The notes under the pieces are model-generated. The model did no database searches, had not been told where the DNA came from, and was given only the letters and a program-made list of their open reading frames with translations. Both the position numbers and the translations under genes were made by a program. This document shows, piece after piece, positions 19,850 to 27,652 of a stretch of DNA of 27,652 nucleotides. The stretch's first letter is position 1. Every line of letters starts with the position of its first letter. This stretch comes from an uncultured delta proteobacterium (lineage in GTDB: Bacteria > Myxococcota > B64-G9): NCBI GenBank assembly GCA_963754925.1, contig CAVWHX010000002.1, forward strand, positions 1-27,652, given 5' to 3'.

Positions 19850-20258
19850 ATTCGTCGATACAAATATTTTGGTATATGCGGAGGACAGAGAAGCAGGTGA
19901 CAAACATAAACGCGCGGTAGAGCTGTTGCAGGATCTATGGGAGAGCGGAGATGGAGCGCTGAGCATCCAAGTTCTTCAAGAATTCTTTGTTACTATCACT
20001 AAGAAGGTAAAGAAACCTATTCCCGCAGGAAGTGCTAAAAGAATAATCGAGCAATATCTTACTTGGCAACTGGTTGAAAATTCGGGTTATCTTTTACTGG
20101 CCGCGATTGACAGGATAACCACTCTTCATATGTCGTTTTGGGATGCATTGATCGTAGAGGCAGCGCTTAGTGCAGGGTGTGATATATTATATTCCGAGGA
20201 TTTGGCACATAAACAACATTTTGGCAATCTGCAGGTGATCAATCCTTTTAAGGTATAA
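19842..20258 (+). CDS. vapC: PIN-domain toxin (VapC-like)
   Basis: PIN acidic motifs FVDTNILVY, QVLQEF, SFWDALI, LYSED, and a terminal INPF. Confidence 0.92.
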   Translation: MARFVDTNILVYAEDREAGDKHKRAVELLQDLWESGDGALSIQVLQEFFVTITKKVKKPIPAGSAKRIIEQYLTWQLVENSGYLLLAAIDRITTLHMSFWDALIVEAALSAGCDILYSEDLAHKQHFGNLQVINPFKV

Positions 20259-20285
20259 TACAATAAACCGATCATAACTATTATC

Positions 20286-21542
20286 TCATCCCAACACCTC
20301 TGAAATGCGGTTGAACGCCATCTCGAGTTCTCTCTTCTTGATAACCAGTGGCGGCGCCAGGCGGATGATATTGTCGTGGGTGTCTTTGCAGAGCATTCCG
20401 TGCTCTATCAATTTTTCGCAATAACCGCGCGCCGGCCCGACGTTTTCGTTGAGCACCAGGGCGAGCAGCAAGCCTCTTCCCCGCACCAGCTTTATTTTGC
20501 GATCAGGGCCGGCCAGGGTCTCGAGCCTGGCCTTGAAAAACGCGCCGAGCTCACCTGCGCGTTGCGAAAGCTTTTCCTTTACCAATACTCGCAGGGAAGC
20601 TCGACCAACGGCGCTTGCGAGAGGCGATCCGCCGAAGGTGCTGCCGTGATCGCCGGGCTTGAACACGCCGAGGATTTCCTCTGAGGAGAGCACTACGCTT
20701 ACCGGAAACATTCCGCCCGAGATGGCTTTGCCGAGGATGAGCACGTCGGGTCGGATTCCTTCATATTCAAAACAAAACATTTTTCCAGTGCGCCCCAAGC
20801 CGGTTTGAACCTCGTCGGTTATCAACAATACATTGTTATTAGTGCATATCTCGCGAGCGCGCTTGAGATAGCCTTCCGGGGGAACCACGACGCCGGCCTC
20901 GCCCTGTATCGGCTCCACCAAAAAGGCCACCGTGTTTGGGGTGATGGCCCTCTCCAAGGCCTCGGCGTCGCCAAAAGGAATTATTTTGAACCCCGGCGTA
21001 TAGGGGCCAAATGAATCACGGTATTGTTTATCCGTGCTAAAAGAAATGATAGTTGTTGTTCGGCCGTGGAAGTTACCTTCGCAGCAAATGATCTCGGCTT
21101 GATTTTCAGGTACGTTCTTTATGGTATAGCCCCATTTGCGGGCCGTTTTTATGGCGGTCTCAACCGCCTCGGCGCCGGAGTTCATCGGCAACGCCTTCTC
21201 CATGCCGGCCAATTCGCAGATATCCTTCATAAAAAACCCGAGCTGGTCGTTATAGAACGCCCTCGAGGTCAGGGTCACCCGGCGGGCCTGCTTGATCAAG
21301 GCTTGAACTATCGCCGGGTGTCCGTGGCCTTGGTTGAGAGCAGAATAAGCACTCAGAAAATCAAGGTATTTCTTGCCGTCACAATCCCACACCCAAGCTC
21401 CCTGGGCGCGGCAAATGACGACCGGGAGCGGACGATAGTTAGTCGCGCTATACAATTCAGTGATCGCAACGATATCTGGTGAGGATAGGTGTTTCCCGTT
21501 TGGTTTTCTCACCTTTTTCTTGAGCGTTGACCGAGCTGACAT
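20286..21542 (-). CDS. rocD: Ornithine-oxo-acid aminotransferase
   Basis: Motifs DFLSAYSALNQGHGHP, TLTSRAF, MNSGAEAVETAIK, NFHGRT, EPIQGEAG, DEVQTGLGRTG, LGKA, HGSTFGG. GAAAGGA RBS before ATG 21542. Confidence 0.93.
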   Translation of the reverse strand: MSARSTLKKKVRKPNGKHLSSPDIVAITELYSATNYRPLPVVICRAQGAWVWDCDGKKYLDFLSAYSALNQGHGHPAIVQALIKQARRVTLTSRAFYNDQLGFFMKDICELAGMEKALPMNSGAEAVETAIKTARKWGYTIKNVPENQAEIICCEGNFHGRTTTIISFSTDKQYRDSFGPYTPGFKIIPFGDAEALERAITPNTVAFLVEPIQGEAGVVVPPEGYLKRAREICTNNNVLLITDEVQTGLGRTGKMFCFEYEGIRPDVLILGKAISGGMFPVSVVLSSEEILGVFKPGDHGSTFGGSPLASAVGRASLRVLVKEKLSQRAGELGAFFKARLETLAGPDRKIKLVRGRGLLLALVLNENVGPARGYCEKLIEHGMLCKDTHDNIIRLAPPLVIKKRELEMAFNRISEVLG

Positions 21543-21684
21543 AGGTATCCTTTCGTGACATTTTTCTTCAAGGATGTCAGTGGCATTGTATAAAAAAGAC
21601 CAATGCCTGTAAATTATTTTACCTGGTTGGTGGTCCGTTTTAACCGTTTCCAATCAATTGAAGTATTCTAATGAATAGGATGTA

Positions 21685-22347
21685 TTACTGTGCGCGGAAG
21701 GTGCAGTCTTGGCCCTTCTCTTTAACGTCGGTAGCTCGCACTTTAAACTCACATAATACATTTTCGATAGTGAGTTTGCCGCCTTCTTCTTCGCGGCCGT
21801 CGCCGAGAACCAAGCTAAATATGTCAGACTCAAGGGCGTTCGGAGCGGCCTTGCCCATTGGCTTTACAGCAAGAAAGCTAACATTGTTCTCGCCTTGGCG
21901 AAGGTAGCTATTGAGCTCCAGGACCTTTTGTTGGATATCATCACGCAATGTCGTTATATATTTGTTATTGACAGTAACTTTTATTGAATAACCGGTCATC
22001 GTCAGGCGGCTAACGTTGCTAACGATGAAATAACTTTTATTGAGCGGCATGCTCTTGTTTTGTATCGTTGATGTAGTAGAGGAGGATAGGGCAGCTGGAG
22101 CATTAGTATTGGTAGCAGGTGCGTCGGACTCATTGGTGGTGTTGACTTCGCGTACCTTGTAATCCGGAGCAGAAATGTGCACGTCGCCTTTTTTATCAAG
22201 ATAGATCTTTGCGTTTTCAATAAGCTGATCCTGTGCACCGGTGATTTGAACTTCGTTGAGGTATACCTCTACCGCACCGAGGGGTGGCACTCCAAACAGA
22301 TATGCCAGGGATAGCACTCGTAACACTATTGTGGTGTACTGTTTCAT
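21685..22347 (-). CDS. Hypothetical secreted protein
   Basis: Signal-peptide-like MKQYTTIVLRVLSLAYLFGVPPLGA, a beta-rich N-domain, a Thr/Ser/Ala linker and a beta-rich C-domain (ELNSYLRQGENNVSF). AGGA lies upstream of ATG 22347. Confidence 0.65.
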   Translation of the reverse strand: MKQYTTIVLRVLSLAYLFGVPPLGAVEVYLNEVQITGAQDQLIENAKIYLDKKGDVHISAPDYKVREVNTTNESDAPATNTNAPAALSSSTTSTIQNKSMPLNKSYFIVSNVSRLTMTGYSIKVTVNNKYITTLRDDIQQKVLELNSYLRQGENNVSFLAVKPMGKAAPNALESDIFSLVLGDGREEEGGKLTIENVLCEFKVRATDVKEKGQDCTFRAQ

Positions 22348-22470
22348 TGATATCAACCATCCTACGTTAGTGGGCGGAGCACCGCGGCGGGACTCCCATT
22401 CATTGAAAACCTTGTGGGTAAACGCGTCGTTCGTTTCAGCATTGTCTGCCACCTGAAGGTCAAAAAATAT

Positions 22471-24846
22471 TTATTTGTTTTTTCCCTGTTTCGGTAGCGG
22501 TGTTTCTTTCGCACTGCCGGCGGTACTCGCTCGAATGGATTCTGGTACTCCAAGGATCTGGGAGGCTTTCTCATCCTTGGGTATCTGCAACTTATGACGA
22601 ATAACATCCTCGGTGTCCCGGCCAACCAGGAGGGTTTCATGAACCTTACCGGTGAGGGGCTCGAGAGAACTGACCTTGAGAAGGCACTCCTGATCGAGCG
22701 AGAAGGTTACGTTGAGTTGTAATGAACCGCGACGAGCAGGTGTTATGTTATTGATGCTGAGCGTGCCAAGATACTCGTTATCAACCACGCGATCGCTCTC
22801 GCCTTGGAACAGGAACAACTCAAGAGCGGTTTGGTTGTCCCACATATTCGGCATAGAAAGAGTGCGCGAGGTGGGCAAGGTTGTACCTGCCTCCAGCAAT
22901 CGCCCGAAACGGCCCCCCGGCATGCCGACGCCGATGGTCATCGGCAAGACGTCGATCAAAACGACGCTGTCGATATGCTCAAGGGAGCTAGCGGCAATCG
23001 CAGCACCAATTGCCACCGCCTCATCAGGATTGACATCGAGGACGGGCTCCTTGGCGAACGTCTCCACGATGCGCCGCCAGATGAGCGGCATACGGCTCTG
23101 TCCGCCGACAAGCAGGATGTTGTCAAGCTGATTGGCTTGAATACGCGCCTGGCGGAGCACCGCTTTGGTTAGTTCCAGGGTGCGGTCCACCAACGGTCCG
23201 ACGAGCTCTTCGAGAGTGGCTTTGGAAAGGCGTACCTCCAAATCTTTTGGCGTGTTATTGATCGTGGCGAACAATGGCAGACGAACAATGGTTTCATCTT
23301 TGTCCGAAAGGGCGTTTTTCGCTCCCTCGGCAGCGTCGCGCAGCCGTTGAATGGCCGCGCGATCGAGCGTTGGAACCTGGCCGACCTGCTCGCAAAAGCT
23401 CTCCAAGAGGTAGTCGGCCACCTGGTTGTCAAAGTCAACCCCGCCCAGAAAGGTATCACCGCACGTAGCCACCACTTCATAGACATTGTCGAATAGTTCT
23501 AGCACTGACGCATCAAACGTCCCGCCGCCGAGATCGTAAACCAGCACCCGCTGTTGGAATTTGCGGTTGAATCCAAATGCCAGCGCCGCCGCAGTCGGCT
23601 CGTTGAGAATACGCTCCACCTGGAATCCGGCCATGGTTCCGGCCTGATGCACGGCCTGGCGCTGGTTTTCATTATAGTAAGCTGGCACCGTGATGACCGC
23701 TCGAGTTACATCAACACCCAACTGTTTCCGGCTAATCGCGCGCAGCTCGGTAAGCAGATAGGCCGAGACTTGCTGGAAACTGAGGTCGCGTCCGGCAAGG
23801 CGTACCGCCGCCTCATGATTGGGGCCCGGAATGATGTTGTAGGGGAAGCGGGCCATCATTTGTTGGACGGCTATCGAGCTGAAAGGACGTCCGATGAGCC
23901 GCTTGAAACCAAAGACGGTGTTTTTCGGGTTGAGCTCGAGCTGCGCCTTGGCTTCATGGCCGACCAGGAGCTGGCCTTTTTCGTCATAGGCTATAATCGA
24001 AGGAGTATTGCGGTAGCCTTTTTGGTTGGTGATAATGATTGGTTTGCCGTCGCGTACGGTCGCCACGCACGAGTAGGTGGTGCCGAGGTCGATGCCGACT
24101 ATCGGCGAATCGGGGGACGGCCGGGTAATACCCGGGTAGGCCGTCGTGACTGTTTCAGGGGACTCGGAATCGTTCAATTCGTTCGTTTTGACATCGATGA
24201 CGACATCGTTCGCTCCCTCGGTGGTCTGATGATCGAGCTCCTTACCAATTTCGATCCCCGGCGTTGGCGGTGAAGGCGGCGCCTCAATCGATATATCCAG
24301 GCCCTCGAGATCAACGGCTGGCACGTCCGTCGCGATAGGCGCACTAGGAATTTCAATGGGCTTGGCGTACGATTCGCCATTGAGATCTATTTCCACATCT
24401 GGTAAATCGAGCGTCGTGGTTTCCTGCAGGGGCTGCGAGGCCGTATCGGTGGTAGGTTGCGTGGCGCCAGAAACCTCTGGCGCGGACGGGGCTTTACTTT
24501 TTTTGGTTTCAACGATACGGGCTACTAACTCGTGGGAGGCCCTATCGAGCTGAAGAAACTTAACACCCATGCCCGGTGGTTTGGGTTTTTGGTCAGGAGG
24601 CGAAGGAGGCCGACTCCATATCACGCGGCCTTTTCCTCGAATAATGGTGTCGCCCCCGCGTAGTTGTACTTCGAATTGTATAATGGTGCCGGCGGGATAG
24701 GGTTTGCGGCTTTGAATGAAAATGCCGCCTATGCTGACGTTCGTGGCGTATTGTTGAATAAATTCTTCAATCAGCGAGCACTTGACCCGTACCGCAAGGT
24801 TAGTCGCCACGCGCGTGGTATCTCGACGTTCATTGCTGCTAACCAA
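22471..24846 (-). CDS. PilZ (TIGR02266-type)-DnaK/Hsp70 fusion chaperone
   Basis: N-terminal RRDTTR, NVSIGGIFI and PGMGVKF. Then an acidic Pro-rich linker and Hsp70 motifs GIDLGTTYS, TVPAYY, NEPTAAALA, DLGGGTFD, LVGGQSRMP, NPDEAVA. The likely start is TTG 24846 after a GAGAGGA RBS. Confidence 0.92.
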   Translation of the reverse strand: MVSSNERRDTTRVATNLAVRVKCSLIEEFIQQYATNVSIGGIFIQSRKPYPAGTIIQFEVQLRGGDTIIRGKGRVIWSRPPSPPDQKPKPPGMGVKFLQLDRASHELVARIVETKKSKAPSAPEVSGATQPTTDTASQPLQETTTLDLPDVEIDLNGESYAKPIEIPSAPIATDVPAVDLEGLDISIEAPPSPPTPGIEIGKELDHQTTEGANDVVIDVKTNELNDSESPETVTTAYPGITRPSPDSPIVGIDLGTTYSCVATVRDGKPIIITNQKGYRNTPSIIAYDEKGQLLVGHEAKAQLELNPKNTVFGFKRLIGRPFSSIAVQQMMARFPYNIIPGPNHEAAVRLAGRDLSFQQVSAYLLTELRAISRKQLGVDVTRAVITVPAYYNENQRQAVHQAGTMAGFQVERILNEPTAAALAFGFNRKFQQRVLVYDLGGGTFDASVLELFDNVYEVVATCGDTFLGGVDFDNQVADYLLESFCEQVGQVPTLDRAAIQRLRDAAEGAKNALSDKDETIVRLPLFATINNTPKDLEVRLSKATLEELVGPLVDRTLELTKAVLRQARIQANQLDNILLVGGQSRMPLIWRRIVETFAKEPVLDVNPDEAVAIGAAIAASSLEHIDSVVLIDVLPMTIGVGMPGGRFGRLLEAGTTLPTSRTLSMPNMWDNQTALELFLFQGESDRVVDNEYLGTLSINNITPARRGSLQLNVTFSLDQECLLKVSSLEPLTGKVHETLLVGRDTEDVIRHKLQIPKDEKASQILGVPESIRASTAGSAKETPLPKQGKNK

Positions 24847-24887
24847 AAAACCGATCCTCTCGTTATCGGTTGGCGAAGGCAGCACAA

Positions 24888-24916
24888 ATAGTAAAGGAAC
24901 TTCAGAATAAGGGCAA
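24888..24916 (-). promoter_or_regulatory. Putative sigma70 promoter for the PilZ-DnaK gene
   Basis: The minus strand reads TTGCCC-17 nt-TACTAT. Confidence 0.4.
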
Positions 24917-24997
24917 GTATTAATACCGGTAAGCTCGGGCGGCGTGGAGGGGCAGCGATAAAGGTTGATGTTTGGGTGAGGGTGGTACGTTTGTTGG

Positions 24998-25025
24998 TTG
25001 ACCTTGGAGAGCGACCGTATATACT
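24998..25025 (+). promoter_or_regulatory. Putative sigma70 promoter for the kinase cluster
   Basis: TTGACC-16 nt-TATACT. Confidence 0.4.
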
Positions 25026-25073
25026 ACCACCCGATATTGTTCAAATGAGATATCTTGATCGGCGAGGTATTCC

Positions 25074-25749
25074 TTGAAGAGCAACCGTTCTTTCAACGAG
25101 GAACAACAGGTAGGTTACTCTCGTCCATACTATATCGCCATTGAAGGGCCGATCGGGGTGGGGAAGAGCACCCGGGTTTCGCGGTTAGCCCAACACTTTT
25201 CCGCCCTCAAAATAGAAGAAAATATCGAGGAGAATCCATTCCTCGCCCGATTTTATGAAGACCGCGAGAAGTATGCCTTTCAGACCCAACTTTTTTTCCT
25301 TCTTTCGCGGTACCGCCAGCAGCAAGATCTTTGGCAAACCGACCTATTTTACCGCTATATTTTATCGGACTATATCTTTGCCAAAGACAAGACTATTTGC
25401 CTCGATAAATTTATCTGATAGCGAGATACTGCTGATAATCAAATCTACCAACTTCTCGATGCCCGCAGTTAAGCCAGATCTCGTGGTTTACCTCCAGGCG
25501 CGGGTTAAGATGTCTCGAACGCATCAAGCATCGTGGTAGAAATTTTGAAAGGAATATCGACGCTGCATACCTTAGGCGAGTCCTGACAACGTACAATGAT
25601 TACTTCTTCTGGTACTCTGAAACGCCTTTGTTGGTGGTTGATACCTCGGACATCAATTTGGTTGATTCGGATAACGATTTTTAGACCTCTCGCGCGCAAT
25701 CCTGCGGCATCGTAAAGGCACGCAGTTCTTCCGCCCTCTCGGTCGATGA
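25074..25749 (+). CDS. Deoxynucleoside kinase (Dck/Dgk family), multiply frameshifted
   Basis: IAIEGPIGVGKS P-loop, ENPFLARFY, AFQTQLFFLLSR, SDY, KPDLVVYLQA, RGRNFERNIDAAYL. Ends KGTQFFRPLGR-stop. Confidence 0.85.
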
Positions 25750-25812
25750 TGCTGACGTTGGCTACCGCCGCCAATCTTGCGTATCCCGGAAGCCGAGCGT
25801 ATTATCTCGGCC

Positions 25813-26606
25813 GTGATACCTGAGTGGCTAGTACCGTATTACTCTCCAGCGGTTCACGAAACGTTCGGAAATTATCCGCCGCAATTCCACCAATCCAACC
25901 GATGTTCGGCAAGTCGCTGTTGAGGGACTTAATCTATCGCAGGCCGAACGGGTCCTTGACCTCGGTTGCGATTCGGAATTTTCACCAGGTGGTGGCGCGG
26001 CGTGTTTCGGCAAGAGCGCGGTTGGTGGGGATGGACGCCATAGAAGGGAAACCGCCATGCTTTTTTGTCCCGAGTTCACTCGACGGGGCGGGGCGCGCGA
26101 TTCGTCCGAGCTGAAGTTAATTCAATCCTTCCCTTCGAATCGGCAAGCTTCGATGTCGTGACCAGCTCGTATTGCTCTACTTCTTTGCCGAAGCTTTGCC
26201 CGAGGTGGCGCGGGTGCTGAGTCAGGACGGCTGGTTATTAGCCATAACGCACGATCGGGATTCTTTTCGAGAGCTTTTTCGGTTAGCGAACTGCCGCGAA
26301 CGGAGCGCCGTTGTATGACCTCATTGAGCGCTTTTCTTCTGAAAACGGTGGGACGCTACTCGGACAATGCTTTGAACACGTTGACCGCATTCCCTACACA
26401 AATACCTTGCGTTTTTCAGCCGAGCACCCGAAGAACTCTTGAGCTACTTTCGATCTAAGCTGCCGTTGCTAGCCACGGGGGGGCCGGACGGCTCGTTGGA
26501 TGAGCGCCTGCGGGTATCGGCGCAAGCTCGACTCCAACGCGGAGAGGAGATTCGGGTGGAGAAAAACAACACGATCTTCCGCTGCCGAGGACCACGATGC
26601 CGCTAA
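25813..26606 (+). CDS. Class I SAM-dependent methyltransferase, multiply frameshifted; not shown as a single ORF in the track
   Basis: Fragments read by hand: DVRQVAVEGLNLSQAERVLDLGC, LVGMD, LPFESASFDVVTSSY, YFFAEALPEVARVLSQDGWL, ERFSSENG, IRVEKNNTIFRCR-stop. Start uncertain. Confidence 0.7.
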
Positions 26607-27589
26607 ATCCGAAGTTTTGCTCGCAGTGCGGTGCGTTGGTCCAGAGGCGATCATCGGCGATCGCGAACGCGATGTGTGCAGTCGATGCCAGACGGTATTC
26701 TATCAGAATCCATTGCCGGTGGCGGCGGCGGTGGTGGTCAATGAAAAACGCGAGGTGTTGCTGGTGCGGCGCAAGAGCGACCCACAACGGGGGATGTGGT
26801 GCCTGCCGATTGGCTTTGCTGAGTTAAATGAGACTATTGAACAGGCCGCCGTGCGCGAGCTGCGCGAGGAAGCTGGGATTACCGGGAGGGTGCTGCGGTT
26901 GCTCGAAGTGGATTCGTATCAAAGCGACTTCTACGGCGATCTCCGTATCGTTTCTTTCGAGGTCGAATACCTTAGTGGTGCGCCCGCCGCGGGCGATGAT
27001 GCGGAAGAAGTGGCCTTCCATCCTCTTGCCAACACGCCGCCATTAGCCTTTGCCGCTAATGAGCAAGCCCTGCGCGCCTACCTTGCTCATCCATCATGAA
27101 GATTGGCAAATCGCTGACTCATTCAACCGCCTCCAGGATCAGGGAGATCGAGTGCTGCTTTCCGATGCTCTTTTGCAAATACTCAACGAACACGCCCTCG
27201 AAGTTGCAGGGCTGTGGTTATCCGATGTATGTCGTAACCCAACCACCCCATCGTATCGAAACGTTCCTCCCGAAACATTGCTTGAAAAAGCTCGATTGAC
27301 GCTGTCGAAGTTGAGCGGCTGGCTAAAAGATGAAAGCACTGGTTTGGAAATCAAGGAGTTTTACCAAACGCTCGGTCGTGACCGTCGCAGCCAAGGTTTT
27401 TCGCTCGCCGAAGTGATCAGTGCCTTGACCTTGCTGCGTAAACATATTTGGCTCTTTGTCAGCGGCCAAGGGGTATGGGAAAGACCGATTGATGTCTATC
27501 GCGTCTTGGAGCTTGAACAGCGGGTGATTGCCTCTTCGATAAAGCGATGTTTTCACTCGGCATTGGGTTTTGAATTAACCAAGCGGTAA
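26597..27589 (+). CDS. Zn-ribbon Nudix hydrolase, probably fused to a C-terminal all-helical RsbRD_N-like domain; frameshifted
   Basis: FCSQCG...CSRC, YQNP, Nudix box GFAELNETIEQAAVRELREEAG, AGDDA. The next frame continues LWLSDV...NPTTPSY...FYQTLGRDRRSQGFSLAEVISALTLLRKHIW. Confidence 0.75.
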
Positions 27590-27652
27590 TCAACAATAAC
27601 TGAATCTAAAGACCCATAGCGTGATGATGGCTGAGTAAATCTTGCCTCAGCA

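Noticed and set aside
22348..22452. Upstream extension of the secreted protein from the ORF track start at 22452
   Set aside because: The signal-peptide-like sequence and an RBS-like AGGA fit ATG 22347 better.

Overview
Bacterial chromosomal segment, most consistent with an anaerobic Myxococcota/deltaproteobacterium (PilZ/TIGR02266-DnaK fusion, myxobacterial-type stand-alone sigma70-region-4 protein and lipoprotein). The left arm (1-12.1 kb) is mostly housekeeping: a MerR-like HTH gene and a sigma70-r4 gene upstream of purD-purE-lptF-lptG, a GT-C-like membrane protein, a TPR protein, class II fba, and a DUF1015-serA-serC operon. The middle (12.2-20.3 kb, visibly more AT-rich) holds a metallophosphoesterase fused to a Pol-beta-type nucleotidyltransferase, an alpha/beta hydrolase, a 4Fe-4S protein, yunC-like, asd, a GNAT, an acyl-CoA thioesterase, a lipoprotein with a sigma54-type promoter and a VapBC-type toxin-antitoxin pair with a double palindromic operator. 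The right arm carries rocD, a secreted protein, the PilZ-Hsp70 fusion, and a deoxynucleoside kinase, SAM methyltransferase and Nudix/RsbRD_N-like cluster. Many conserved genes at 1-7 kb, about 10.5 kb and 25-27.6 kb are split by single-base frameshifts, most likely sequencing errors. The best candidates for undescribed biology are the phosphoesterase-nucleotidyltransferase fusion and the ParB/Srx-motif DUF1015 protein sitting in the SerB position. All family assignments come from motif recognition by eye; no searches were run.
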